Positions 20,375 to 34,403 of a DNA stretch of 64,000 nt are shown here, in pieces (the first letter of the stretch is position 1; each line of letters starts with the position of its first letter). The notes under the pieces are model-generated. The model did no database searches and was not told the origin of the DNA. It saw only the letters and a program-made list of their open reading frames with translations. The stretch is from Tubulanus polymorphus (taxonomy: Eukaryota; Animalia; Nemertea). A program made the translations under genes and the position numbers. The stretch covers positions 12,402,088-12,466,087 of the forward strand of contig NC_134031.1 of the NCBI RefSeq assembly GCF_964204645.1, given 5' to 3'.

Positions 20375-22610
20375 TACAGACGTAGAACTTCAGAGGATAG
20401 TGGCCATACAGCTCAACTTAGTATTAAAGGACAGCCTGTTACGGTGACTAATAGTTGGGTTGTTCCACACAATAGACTTTTGTGCCGAGTCTTCAATGCT
20501 CATATAAATGTTGAGCTCTGTACTTCAATCAAAATTATCAAATACGTGTGCAAATATATTGTAAAGGCTCAGACATGGCTGTATTTCATGTAAAAGAAAA
20601 TGGAAAACCACTCAATGAAATTAAGCAGTATCAACTCGGACGATAAATTAGCACTAACGAAGCAGGGTGGAGAATTTAAGGGTTTCCAATACACGAAAGT
20701 TTTCAGCCTGTTACGCATCTTCAGGTTCACCTTGAAAATGGCCAGAGAGTTTATTTTACCGAGGGAACTCCTTTCGTTTAAGCTCAGAGTGCACCAGAAA
20801 CCACACTTACGGCATTCTTCAAACTATGTGCTACCGATGAATTCGCACAATATCTATTGTATAATGAGGTCCTGGAATTCTTCACATAAGTGTCTACCTC
20901 AAAGAAATGGCAAAGACGTCGTCAAGGAAACACTGTACCAAACTCTATAGGCATAATGTCATCGGTTACCTTGGGCAGAGAGTACACAGTTCACCGGAGT
21001 AATGAGGAATGTAACTATCTGCGACTGCTGCTACATACAATAAAAGGCCCAACAAGTTTTGACCCTTTGAGAACAGTACATGGATTTGTACATGGTACAC
21101 ACCGAGAGGTATGTAACGCTCTTGGCCTGTTGAAAGTCTAATCCAGTTACAATTTGGAATAACTACAAACAGGCAATGTCTGAAGAATTTTCATCATGAA
21201 ATGCAAGCCTCAAATCCTGATCTTAATATTAAATACAATGAGCGTATTTTCCACTGTGCCCTGAACGCTGTGGAAGACAAACTTACATCATTTCCAGGTG
21301 GTAAAACAGTAGACAGTAGTACTATAGCCCTCCTAAAACCAGAATTGATGACATTTCCACCAACGGAGAAATCACTTGGGAGACTAGCTACAACCAGACT
21401 GAACTACAGAGCCTTATCAACATTCGTTTGCCTAATTTTACAGCCGATCAATTGACCTGTTACAATATTATTATTGAATCATTAGATGATAGATCTGGAA
21501 TATTTTTCTTGGACGCACCGGGCGGCCCAGGAAAAACCTACCTTTTACATTTGATCCTTGCCAAGATTCGTTCCACCAGCAAAATAGCTTTGGCTGTAGC
21601 ATCTTCTGGTATCGCAGCTACACTCCTGAAAGGCGGAAGAACGGCCAATTCCACTTTCAAGATCCCTATTAATCTTGCTACAGTTGAACATCCTACATGT
21701 AACATTTCTGCTACATCTGGTCTGGCATTGTTGTTGTTGAGACAGAAAGTCTCATCGTGTGGGATGAGTGTACAATGGCACCTAAGAACGCCTTACATGC
21801 AATTGATGTAACATTCCGTGATTTGCGACAAACTGAAAAGCCCATGGGAGGAATAACTGTGCTTTTAGCTGGAGATTTTCGGCAGACATTGCCTATTGTG
21901 CGTTGAGGTACATGGTAGATCAAGTAAATGCTTCCCTAAAGTCATCTCCATTGTGGAGTGAAGTTGAGATCTGATTTTGGTCTCTGCGTTCATTCAAGGA
22001 ATCAGCTGATAGAATCTGTTTCCCAAACTTTAGAAATGAATATATAAATCATCAGTGGCTATCGGAACGTGCTATACTAGCATCCAGAAATGATGCAGTG
22101 AGTGATATCAATTTTAACCTATTACAACAGATTCCCAGTGATTCTACCATATATAGATCTATTGATACTGTGCCTGATATTGAGCACGTTTGGAATTGAA
22201 GCCAGGCACACCGATCATGCTGCTACGTAACCTGAATGCTCCAAAATTGCGTAATGGCACCAGATAATTAAGACATTACATCAGAACCTGATTGAAGCTG
22301 TAATAAGTGTTGGTGAATACCATGGAGAAAATGTATTGATACCCCGAATACCTCTTATATCCAGTGATTCACCATTTGAATTTAAACGCCTCCAGTTTCC
22401 TGTTATACATTCATGCGCCATATCAATCAACAAATCACAGGGACAAACGTTAAGAGTTGCTGGACTATCACTGACCCACCCTGTTTTTCACATGGACAGC
22501 TATATGTTGCATGTTCCAGAGTTGGTGATCACAAAAACCTGTATTACCACGCATGTGACAACAACACACAGACAGTTAATGTTGTTTATCCTGATATTTT
22601 TGATCTACAG
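20375..22610 (+). pseudogene. Helitron RepHel, rest of Rep plus Pif1-family helicase, frameshifted
   Basis: Resumes YRRR; HINVELCTSIKIIKYVCKYI (Rep tyrosine motif), FFLDAPGGPGKTYL (Walker A), VWDECTMA, LLAGDFRQTLP, FKRLQFPV, INKSQGQTL, CFSHGQLYVACSRV. Confidence 0.93.
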
Positions 22611-22900
22611 GTATGTACATTTACAAAATATAATATACATAAATAGGTACGTACATGTACATTAGTTATGTAATCATCTTTTTAAATTTCAGTAAAAATA
22701 TACGTCTTAGATTATATGTCTTAGTATGATATTTGAATTTCTCAATGTACATGACCCAGTATTTTTCAGCAGGCATGACGCCAATTATACTCCCTAAGCT
22801 TAATCTTTCAAAATCATTTCAAAATCAAATCAAAATGTTGCAGGCTCCCAAGCGTATGGAATGGGATAGAGCATGGAATGGGATAGAACTCATTCAAAAC

Positions 22901-22925
22901 CCGTCGAAGACGGATATTCAGCTAG
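22901..22925 (+). terminator. Helitron 3' hairpin and CTAG end
   Basis: ccgtcgaagacgg hairpin 8 nt upstream of CTAG|T. Confidence 0.8.
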
Positions 22926-23730
22926 TATAAACTAAGGCAGAAAGCAGACGGCATCGTAGCAAACTTGAATTACATGCTTATATAAAAATTTTTAAGGCAA
23001 TAAAGCGAATTTGGCCTTGGCTTATATTGATTCAGATTTCGTAATAGGCCTATAACTGTGTTTCCCAATACAAAGCATGTTAGAAAATTCTCACCTGCTC
23101 TTTTGGTTCTCGGAAACCATCATTATTTTCATTCTGAAAAATGAGATAAACTACTATGAGATGACAATATCATATTCGCCAAATGAAAAGGGGGTCAACA
23201 ATATACAGCATACATCAAATAGCATAATATACTACACTGAGAAATAAGATAACAGCAGTCACTAGAATGATTGGCAGGTTGTTGGAATGCTATGAACTAG
23301 GAACATTTTTTACACAATACATGCTGAAAACGCTACCTCTCAGCGCTTGCTTGACATTTACCTGTCATTAATTAGGACATAAAAATGTTTGTTATATTAC
23401 ATACCCCCAAAATATGAACGCTACCCCGGGTCAAAAGATCATCTTCATAAATATATTGAGTTAATTGATTTCTTGATCTCAGGTGGTCATGTGTTTATGC
23501 TGACTACGTTTCAGAGTTGTGATCTCAATGGATTTTCTAAATTGCCAATTCAGATGTCTGGATTTTCCAGATATCAAAGGAAATTTCATTTTCAGCACGG
23601 TAAGATAACAACATAGAACGATAACCACACTCAAACGTGGTGAACGGATAATAAGATAAAATCCCACTATTTACAGATTAAAAGAATTTAAAAACCAGAA
23701 TTTATTTATTCAATCAAAAATATATAAAAG

Positions 23731-23773
23731 ACACGACGTTTCGATCTCACCCTAGAGATCATCGTCAGGTGTG
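23731..23773 (-). ncRNA. Minimal hammerhead ribozyme in Penelope pLTR
   Basis: acac-CTGACGA-t-gatctc/gagatc-GAAAC-GTC-gtgt; the plus-strand copy (~25744-25785) has GACAC in place of GAAAC. Confidence 0.75.
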
Positions 23774-23996
23774 AGATTAAGATTAAAAACGGGGGTATAT
23801 ATACAGAGGATGACAGGTTAATTGAGTAAATTGGTGAATTTGTAAATAATTAGTGTTTGGCAAGGCATGAAGTAATATACTTAGAAAGAAGGGAATTTTG
23901 CGGAGAAAAGCCATTATTTAAATTAGCACTAATTTCTGAGTGACGAGTAATTAGGGCAGACTCAACTATGTGGCGTTTACTGTAATTGCTGGAAGT

Positions 23997-24842
23997 TTAA
24001 ATAATTTCGGCTTTATCAAAATTAAAACGATGACCAGTGTTCCAAACGTGATTGGCTACGCCACTAGCCGGTTTTTTATTTATTATATCGTTTTTGTGTT
24101 CCGAAATTCGAGTTTTTAAATCATGACCAGTTTCTCCAAAGTAAATTTTATCACAGCCAAAACAAGGAATTTTGTAAACTCCGCAGTCCAAAGGCTTAGA
24201 TTGATTGTTTTTAACCAAAGTCTTACTAATTTTGTTTTCATACGTGAAAATGATTTGTTTATCCAATAAAGGGAGAGAGTGATGAAACTTTTCCAAAACA
24301 GGTACATACGGAACTACAATGAACTCTGAAATGTGTTTTTTATTTTCTGGAGGTTTAGAATTGAAGAAAGTACCTTTAGCCTTAGAAATAGTGATTTTCA
24401 AAATGTGATCAGGGTAAGCCAATTTTCTAAGAGAGTTGGATATATGTTCAAATTCAGCCAAAAGGAAGGTTTCATCGCAGATCCGTAGTGCATGGAGAAA
24501 GAGGCCTTGAGCGCGACCAATTTTGATAGATTTAGCAGTAAACGAAAAGTGAAGGTATGCCTCGGCGTTGATAGGTTTACGGTAGACTGAGAATATCAAA
24601 TGAGAAAATTTATTGTGAATTAGAACATCTAAAAACGGAATTTGGTCATTTTGTTCCCATTCAAAAGTGAATTTCAAAGATGGATATTGGGAGTTGATGA
24701 AGTCGATAAAAGAGGTAAGATCAAAATTATCAGAAACTAAGCACAGAATGTCATCAACATATCTAATCCAAAAGTTAGGTTTAGAGCCAGCGTACTTAGG
24801 GAGAATTTCGGATTCAAAGTGTTCAAGGAAAAGATGGAACAA
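23997..24842 (-). pseudogene. Penelope RT C-terminus plus GIY-YIG endonuclease
   Basis: WIRYVDD, IPFLDV, VYRKP, GVYKIPC..C.KIYFGETG. Confidence 0.92.
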
Positions 24843-24849
24843 AAAATTT

Positions 24850-25519
24850 TGAATGGGAACAAAATGACCAAATTCCGTTTTTAGATGTTCTAATTCACAA
24901 TAAATTTTCTCATTTGATATTCTCAGTCTACTGTAAACCTATCAACGCCGAGGCATACCTTCACTTCTTTTCATTTACTGCTAAATCTATCAAAATTGGT
25001 CTCGCTCAAGACCTCTTTCTCCGTGCACTACGGATCTGGGATGAAACCTTCCTTTCGGCTGAATTTGAACATATATCCAACTCTCTTAGAAAATTGGCTT
25101 ACCCTGATCACATTTTGAAAATCGCTATTTTTAAGGCTAAACGTACTTTCTTCAATTCTAAACCTCCAGAAAATAAAAAACACATTTCAGAGTTCATTGT
25201 ATTTCCGTATGTACCTGTTTTGGAAAAGTTTCGTCACTCTCTCCCTTTATTGGATAAACAAATCATTTTCACGTATGAAAACAAAATTAGTAAGACTTTG
25301 GTTAAAAACAATCAATCTAAACCTTTGGACTGCAGAGTTTACAAAATTCCTTGTTTTGGCTGTGATAAAATTTACTTTGGAGAAACTGGTCGTGATTTAA
25401 AAACTCGAATTTCGGAACACAAAAACGATATAATAAATAAAAAACCGGCTAGTGGCGTAGCCAATCACGTTTGGAACACTGGTCATCGTTTTAATTTTGA
25501 TAAAGTCGAAATTATTTAA
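24850..25519 (+). pseudogene. Penelope RT thumb plus GIY-YIG, inverted second arm
   Basis: Near-identical to the minus-strand arm; YFGETGR. Confidence 0.9.
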
Positions 25520-27039
25520 ACTTCCAGCAATTACACTAAACGCCACATAGTTGAGTCTGCCCTAATTACTCGTCACTCAGATATTAGTTCCAATTTAAAT
25601 AATGGCTTTTCTTCGCATAATTCCCTTCTTTCTAAGTATATTACTTCATGCCTTGCCAAACACTAATCATTTACTCACTCACCAATTTACTCAATTAACC
25701 TGTCCTCCTCTGTATATATACCCCCGTTTTTAATCTTAATCTCACACCTGACGATGATCTCTAGGGTGAGATCGACACGTCGTGTCTTTTATATATTTTT
25801 GATTGAATTAATAAATTCTGGTTTTTAAATTCTTTTAATCTGTAAATAGTGGGATTTTATCTTTAGATAACAACATATACTGTATTTTCCGACGAAAAAG
25901 CCGATTTTCTAGCTTCAGATTTTTACCCCAAAAAATTATCAACTTATTGGACGGATACGATCGGACTTAAAAAATCACTTCCCAATCTATGTCATATTAA
26001 TGTTCCCAACAAGAGCCCCTGTGATGTCAAAAATTATAAGATATGGCCCAAAGACCTGTCTTTCAATCAATTTCATATTTTCTTCATTTGATTGAGGTCT
26101 TTAGATCATTATCATGACTTTCGGTGGAAAACTTGTTTTTTGAATTAGTTGATTGAGGAAAACACAACTTAATTCAACATCGTTTTTGGCGGAAGTTCAA
26201 AGGAAGATTAAATAAAATTAAAAAGCATAACATGTCTCCAATCGAACCAAGAAATTTTAATAGAAACATGTGAATTGGCACTGCAAAGTGCTATGCTTAC
26301 TATACAAGATGCCCATGGACCTTGAAGCTTCGGTTATAATGTAATGGAAAGATACATGTATAAATGGGTGAGATCACCATACTTGGGAAAAATACTTTTT
26401 ACATTTTTAAGGAAAAGAGTAGCCAAATGTTGAAAACAGTAAGTATTTCTATCGATATTTCTATTGACTGCAGTGACTTAGGAGACGTAACTAATTTCTA
26501 TCAACATAATGTTTGTCTTTCCTAGTAGAAGGGCTTAATCATTTCGGCCTCGACAGCGAACAAGACAAAAGAGCCCAATAATTCTTTTTTCAGGGCTAAT
26601 AACCCGCTAAAACCTTCTGGCTAATTATTCGGTTTATGTTAGATGCTCTGTCCAATCATTCCAGTATCGAAGTACACATCACTGAAACACTCTTAATGGC
26701 AGAACACTCCTCCGAGGTGAAAAAATGTAAGGCAATTGAATAACTTATTGAAAATCTTTTAGAAAATATTCCTATATCTAATCTTTTTACGAAAAGTTAA
26801 CCATTTCATGAAGGCCAAATAACAGGTAATCTGTCCACAAAAACATTTTTAACAGTTGTAACAATGTTGGTAAAAGATTGGAACACTTGGAACTTTTAGT
26901 TCTTTAAGATAATAACCATTGCAAATTATAAGTAATATCTATTGTAGCAGGACTTTTCGATATAAAACAATGTTGCCTCATCTACACTTAAAAATGTACA
27001 GCAGGCTACAATTTGTTAGAGCTAAGGTGGATACAGAAA

Positions 27040-27482
27040 ATACTCGATCATGACAAGACGAGAAGATACACAATATCCGTCTAAGATGATAACGAGCCAT
27101 CATCAGGCGTACTGAGAACAGGGGAATATTACAAGATATTTATACAAGACCAAAACAATAGAAACAGAGTGAGTCATTAAAATGTTGAAAAGGGAATATA
27201 TTAAAGTAATGACATAACGGCTGGAAAACAATAATAAAGTAAGTAAAGTAAGCCAAACTAGGGGCAATATAGATTAAAGTAATTTAAAAACAAAAGACAC
27301 AAATTAAAGTGATTAAAATGTGAGGACAAGCTAAGGGGTAATCAGATAAAAACAAAGAGAAGGAACATGAAAGGCGATAATCAGTGAATGAGTGGAAACA
27401 AGCAACCAATAATCAAGGCAAACAATTTATAAAATTTCCTGTAAAGTTTGTAACAAAATATATATTGGTGAAACCGGGCGCA
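27040..27482. mobile_element. Degraded Penelope fragment
   Basis: Plus strand 27425-27481 encodes IYKISCKVCNKIYIGETGR (GIY-YIG); adjacent A-rich segment resembles an inverted pLTR. Confidence 0.55.
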
Positions 27483-28629
27483 ATTTACTCAGGCGCATCC
27501 GTGAACATAGCAATGTGTGTGTGTGTATTAAAAACCTGACAGCAATTTAGGCCCAAGTTTAAAACGTTTTTTAACGTGACACCATGTCTTCGCATGACCA
27601 TTCAACAATTAAAATGTGGGTCTGTTGATGCATGTCTGTGAACACGCGGTAAAAACACTAATCTGCTTCGTGGGAGCGTTATCTATTACTACACGTAATT
27701 GATACATAAATGGTTAACGGATAACGCGTTATTGCTGACAATGCAATCGACTCGTGTCATGCACTAAGTATTAAAAAATATCAAAATCATAAGTGTTGCA
27801 AAATAAAAACACAAGATAGCCGGGCTCCAACGATTGCTAACAAAAGGGCATAAAAATGATCATGGGTTCAATTGATGACACATTATGCCATCTTTAATTA
27901 CTTAAGATTAGTTATCAGCTATCAAAACACTGATAGTTATCAAAACACGGATCTCGGGGGTAAACTGTGTGATGTTATCACTGCGGAAAATAGTGGATGC
28001 ACGCTACCTGGTGGGCTGATATCATTTCGGTGTTTAAATGATGTTTTTTTCAAATTAAATAAACTCTATTCATCGAAATGCCTCGTTTGTTTTGTGGAAC
28101 GTAATTAAACTGCGACTTTGTCATCAATATTTCTTGCGACTGTGATTGAAGCTCCCGTACTTAGTAAATTCGAGTGATATAATCGGGGCGGAAATCTCAG
28201 CTGGCCAATTAATTTATGCCGGTTTTTACGTAAAGAGAAGCGACTGTCTGAACTGCAAAGAATGATCCGGCCTTATCCAAATTCACTGCGTAGTCGTGTC
28301 CGGAACACTCCCCAGTCTCTCGGCATTAGCGCTGAATATCGCGCTAGAGGCGTTATACTAGATTAGCGCGCGCGCTGTACGATAAATATCTCTATGTACA
28401 AGCATGTTCTGTGTTACACACACACAGCGAGTGTATCGAGCGTCACCGTAGTAACGCGCTTCAGCGGGTTGAACTAACGAGTACCGTTGATTATTTTAAA
28501 ACCAAATTTGAGCACTTATAAACTTCAAAATCAAATATGAACCAAGCTACACCATCTACACCAAGTACAGAATATATGTACCAATTTATAGAATTATCGG
28601 TCCACACAAACAGCTTAAATCATTAAGAA

Positions 28630-28702
28630 ACATCCACAGACAGACAGACATGACGATGATGCCATAGATGGGTTCGTCTAAAGACGAAACCCATCAAAAA
28701 AA
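28630..28702 (+). mobile_element. Helentron/DINE-like non-autonomous element 3' end
   Basis: (GACA)n microsatellite, hairpin gatgggttcgtc-taaa-gacgaaacccatc, then A-run. Confidence 0.5.
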
Positions 28703-31699
28703 TCTAAATCAGGGACATATTCAAATTTTGTCAGCAGACCTGCCAAACCCAGAAATATGTTGTCAGTACAAATTTTTGAGTTTGTCAGTATTTTCTTGTG
28801 TTTGTCCGTATTTTTTCACATGTGACACGACCCGGGAAAAAGCTTCCAGTTCTGTTCATTAAAAAAATGTCTAACTAAACCATAGTACTATCACTTATGT
28901 TAGAACTAAATAATTATCAATGTTAACATATCAAACTAAAAAAAAAAAAAATTTTTAATTTTATAACAAATTTGGTTTCTATATTTCACAGTATCTAATT
29001 CAAGCAATTTTTTCAAGTCAAAATGTGTTACCGAATTAAAACTATCAATTGAATAAACTGAAAAATAATCAATTGAATATGCTGAATAAACTCTTCAATA
29101 GATAGTGTTCTAAATCTTATCACCATATTAATTCATAGGCCCTTATTACAATCTATGATTGATAAGGATATTATCATACTAGTAATTTCAAGATTCTGTT
29201 ATACTTGAATTAAATTAAACTATGCGCCCGTCAGGGCATCTTTGTGGTGTTCCAATACAGCATGCATGTTCTCTATTGATCACTATTGCATGTTCTCTAT
29301 TTATCGCAGGGAATCCCAGCTGTACTAGCGACATATAAGCGTGTCTGTGTGTGTAGACTATTATTAGCAATTACATTATTGAGCTGCCACGCTGTGGAGC
29401 TAATAAACAGAATCAATACTGACAAAATCATGAACACAATGCCACTGTTGATAAGATGAATAGCTGATAGCATTCCACTCCCAATTGTAGGCTGTACTAA
29501 AATGAGAGTGACCATAACACCGTACACAAAAGCCCACAGCCCTATGAAAATACGGAGAAACCGTACGGGTTGGCAGGTCTGTGTCAGGGACATCTTGTAA
29601 AAGTCATTTCTTCAGGGACATTATTAGAACTGTCAGGGACAAAAATACCCAGCCACATTTTCAGGGACATTTACAAGAATCTCAGGGACAAAACCTACTT
29701 AATTTTACAGTGAAACATTGTCCTGACTATACGAGATATTACAATATATTGTTTTTTACATAACTCGGTTTATAATTAGCTGCTTTGCTTTGATTGACAT
29801 GATGCCAGATTGCCCCCAGCTGGTCTTCAAGTAATTATCCCAAAAAAGCTGTGTCTTGATAAGCTGAATATCACTTATGTTGGGCCATGAAAATTTTTCA
29901 TTTTGTAATTTGTATCCATTAATAAATGAATTGTTGATACTATTTTACAGGCTTCTCGCTTAATCTATGCCTCTAGAATGCGGAAATAGCCAATCAGCAA
30001 TAAGCACGCGGCAAGTTTGATTGACAGCGCTACTGACTGTGTCTATGAGAGGCTGAGCTCTCTATCGCGCGCAAATGCATTTTGTTTCATTTTTCGTTGA
30101 ATGAACGGCAGCTTATTGGTTTCAAGGTCGTTGGTGTTTGTACATGGCCACCAGGGGGCATTGAATGACAGAATAACTTAGTATTTCCTTATTATATTGG
30201 TTCCCAGGAAGAAAGCCACTAAATATTTGGATGGATATATGAAAGCTGTGGGTACTGGAGTGTGTAATGGGTATTGTAGTGTGATCTGTGTGCATTTGTG
30301 GCCAGCACACAGATCACATTGTTCAATGGGGTTTGATCCAGGACTCGCGAGATTTTCAACAACACGGTAGTAACGTGTAATAAATGATGACTTGAATTGC
30401 ATGACTACCTACCACCCCTCAGTATTGTTGGAAAACTAAACGTTCCGCACTGACTAAAAATTAGTAATAATAATTAATAACGTTTTAGAAATGGCCAGAA
30501 TTTTAACTTAGGTTCTATCTCATTTTTATTTTACAATTGCGATTGGTATAATTTTTTTTCAAACGGCCGTTAAGGCTTCATGTTTCGTCTGCAATTCACT
30601 GCAAATAGTTACGCAACTACGCACATTTCAGTGTTTTTGGCAGCTATACACTCAATCGGCACCGTTTGTGACTAGCTTCACTGCGGAATTATCATTAATT
30701 AACATCGCCATATCACATCATCAACTTATATTGTGCCTTAAAACCCTAACAGCCGAAATAATTGAAATGCACACACGATTTCTATCATTGAAAATTGAGA
30801 GATTGGCCGTGTTTGTGTTCTGCTGCTTTGCGTAAATCCTGCGGGGTGGCGCCACCGCACGGAGTGGGGCCGATACGTCTAGGCATATTTTGTTACCATG
30901 ATCAATTGCAAAGTAGCTCATGACATGTTCTATGATTGTGGTGAGTTTCAAGGTCATTGGGTTTTGCATGGTCACCAAAGGCGTTGAATAGTAGAAACTA
31001 TAGTATTTCCATATTATATTGGTACCTAGGCATATTCCATATTTTGTTATCACAAACAATAACAGAATTGTAGCTGATGACATGTTCTATGGTTGTGGCG
31101 AGTTTCAAGGTTATTTGTTGTTTTTGTATTTGATCACCTGGGGGCGTTTTTGTCTGCGCATGACTTCATGGCGCAGATTTCTTTAACACAGCTTTATTAC
31201 TACGCGTAACTAAACACAGTCTTTTAGGCTGGGATTGTCACCCATACTCTCCATATGATTGTGTGACAAAACTATGTTCAGCCAAACTATGTTCAGCCAA
31301 TGTTCTACGACAGTACATCCTCAGGCAGAGATTCCAACCTTATGGCATCATGACCCGATAGGTACGAAACCCTGCCACACTAGACCGAATGCGCAGCCAC
31401 ATGCGCAGCTTGGATGATGGCATTATCAGCCATGAAGTCCTATTTTATTTTAGTCCAGGTTTTCTCATTTATAGTTCTTCTGTGAAATCTACCTCAGCGA
31501 CTATACAATGAGTAATCTGATTGGTGCCGCTAGTTTTCGTGCGGCACAGCTGCACATGTACCTGCGCATCTGGTCTACTGTGGCAGGGGTTCGTGTTGTG
31601 GCTGTGTGTAGCGATGCCATCAGGTTCGAATCCCTTCCGAGGGAGGATGATGGTAGTAGGAATGCAGTTACAGCTCAGAAAACCCGTCATCAAATGATA

Positions 31700-34403
31700 T
31701 TATTATGAATCTACGAACTTTCATATTTTAACAAAGCCTAGTTCCGATACGGAGCTCAATAAAGAGCCATTTACAGACATCAATTGTTCCCACTATAATT
31801 CTTTGTCTACTTTGAATGTAAATCCTGATGCCCTGATGTTTCATTTGAACATAAGAAGCATCAATAAGGATTTTGATAACCTTAAAATACATTTAAATTC
31901 CATGGATCATACCTTCAAAATCATTGGACTGTCGGAAACTTGGACAAATGATGGCCTTGTAATTCAGCAATGTTTTTAATTAGAAGGGTAAACTAGTAGG
32001 CTATTTTCAAGAATAGAAGTGATCAAAAAGGTGGCGGTCTAGGTCTCTACATTCACAATTCTTTGAAATTCTCAAATAGTGAAGACGTATCAGTCAGCTA
32101 TCAACCTTTTGAAAGTCTCTTTGGTGAAGTCTACAGATAATAAGTTTAACTTTTTATTAGGTGTCGTCTACCGGCTACCGGTCCGAAGTTTATGGATTTT
32201 AACTCCGACTTTTCAGAATCAATCAAATATTCAAAATGCTTCATCATGGGGGATTTTAATATTAATCTACTCAATCCAGCTACTCATAAACCAACCGAAA
32301 TATTCCTTTCAAATTCTTTGTCTAACTCATTTCGACCCCTCATTAATAAAACGTGTCACAAATAAATCGTCGACCTCAATTGATAGCATTCGTACTAACT
32401 GCTATCAAAATTATGCCATGTTCTCGGGTGTCCTTCTTCATAAGATTTCTGATACCTCCCTCTTTTCACCACGATGTCAAATTTGAAATCAAGAAATAAA
32501 GAGCCCAAGTTTGTCAGCTATCAAAATATCTCGGATTACACAATTGCCTCTTTCAAGCGCAAATTAATGTCACATGATTGGTCTCACATTTATAGCTATA
32601 CAGATCCAAATCAAGCCTACACTTCCTTCTTTGACCAATTCAACACAGTGCAGGCTGTGATGGCAAAAGGTACTCAAGTGTGTTATTGATGTCATATCAA
32701 TACCGCTGGCTCATATATTCAATCTCTCAATATTCAATTCAAGCATGTTCACTGGAGTCATACCTGATTCAAAATATCAAAAGTTCTACCCCTTTACAAA
32801 AGTGGATATATACACAAATTTTGTAACTATAGGCCCATTTCGATTTTACCTTCAATATCTAAAATATTAGAAAAAATTATTTACAAGGCTTGTCAAATTT
32901 CTAGATGTTAATGAAATTTTGTCGCCACGCCAATTCGGCTTCAGGAAAAACCATTCTACGTACATGGCAATAACAGCAATAGTCAACAATATCAGTGATT
33001 CATTAGACAGTGCATATTCAACAATTGGTATTTTCGGATTTATCGCGTGCATTCGACACAAAAGATCATGAAATTCTCCTTTCCAAACTCAGTCACTATG
33101 GAATCAGGGGTATCCCTTTCACATGGTTCTCAAATTATTTATGCAACAGGTCTCAAAAGGTATGTTTCAATGGTGCTTGTTCTTCCACATGTGGAGTTCC
33201 ACAAGGTTCAATTTTGGGTCTGATTCTTTTTCTCATTTATATTAATGGCCTACCGAATGCATCCAAAATATTTGATTTTATTATGTTTGCGGATGACACT
33301 AATGCTCTTGCCAGTCATAAAAACTTACCTCATTTAATCGCGGTCATTAATCAAGAACTAGCCCAACTTGATGTTTGGTTTAGGGCAAACAGACTTTCTC
33401 TGAACTTATCGAAAACCCATTTTTTGGTTTTTAGTAGAGTCAAAATAAAACAGCCAATTTTAATCTCTATTAATGATATCAATATCTTGAAAGTATCTGA
33501 CATTAAATTCCTCGCAATTCAAATTGATGATCAACTATCATGGAAACTCAGATTCATCAACTTACTTCTAAAGTATCTTGCTGTGTTGGTATCCTTCATA
33601 GACTAAGTAGTTATTTACCTAATAATGTTTTATACAAAAGTATAATTCTTTTGTAAACTGCCACCTCAGCGACCTGTAACAATTGATGGGGCAATACTTA
33701 CCCTTCATCGCTTCAGAAATTGGATCTGCTACAGAAGAAAGTTGTTCGTATCATAAGTAAATCCAACTTTTTGGCCCATACCTCACCTCTTTTCAAGTCC
33801 AGTAAAAGTTTGAAATTGGCTGACATTAATACCTTTCAAATAGCTCAATTTTCATATATTTACATGTAAATGGTAAATTACCAGATTTTTTTCGTAATTT
33901 ATTTTCAGAAAATAGAAATCCATACAACACTCGCTTTAAATCAAACAACAATTTACTAATAGACCGCTATAACTCAAATATTAAGTATTTTTCACTCAAT
34001 GTAAAAGGCCCAAAAATTTTGAACAATTTAGACAGCTTCTTCTCTCTTCAAGAGTAAAATTAAAAACTAAACTATTGTCCTCTTATCAGAATGTTTTTCC
34101 AATGGTATTTAACTTGCAACAGCTTAGGTGACCATTTTTTCTTAGCATGCATAACTTTTTTTTAGTGTAGTTATGCTTCTTAAATGCTTCTTTTTTTTGT
34201 GTTGTTTGTTTTTTCAATCTATCATCTGTAACTATTTTTTTTGGGGTCAGCATATGCAACAAGCCTTGCTTCTATATGTTGTCCAACTGATATATTGTAA
34301 CATTTTATAATGATCATATAATCATATTCATCTTAGAAAACTGATGTACAGGACTATATTATGTTATGATTTATGCAGGAAATAAAGTAAAAATAATAAT
34401 AAT
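31700..34403 (+). mobile_element. CR1/L2-group LINE ORF2 remnant (APE plus RT, internally deleted)
   Basis: HLNIRS, IIGLSETW, KGGG, NYRPISILP, QFGFRKNHST, GVPQGSILG, MFADDT; AATAAA and (AAT)n tail at ~34381-34403. Confidence 0.9.

Larger units (their letters stand above)
1021..22925 (+). mobile_element. Helitron (decayed), split by the Polinton insertion
   Basis: Rep and Pif1 helicase motifs flank the Polinton. Canonical 3' end: hairpin ccgtc-gaa-gacgg (22901-22913), CTAG (22922-22925), then T. The 5' end at A|TCTAC (1021) is tentative. Confidence 0.85.
23616..25864. mobile_element. Penelope-like retroelement, two inverted 5'-truncated arms
   Basis: 13-bp TSD agataacaacata (23603-23615, 25865-25877); arms meet at ~24848; tail only on the left. 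Confidence 0.92.

Noticed and set aside
23616-25864. Inverted duplication as an assembly artefact
   Set aside because: The arms differ by multiple substitutions, a 13-bp TSD encloses them, and inversion is normal for Penelope.
29297-29593. Hydrophobic 98-aa ORF as a host membrane-protein exon
   Set aside because: No recognisable family or splice support; lies among cagggaca subterminal-type repeats.
31590-31660. tRNA gene at GGTTCGAATCC
   Set aside because: Only a B-box is evident and no cloverleaf could be built; treated as a SINE-like remnant.
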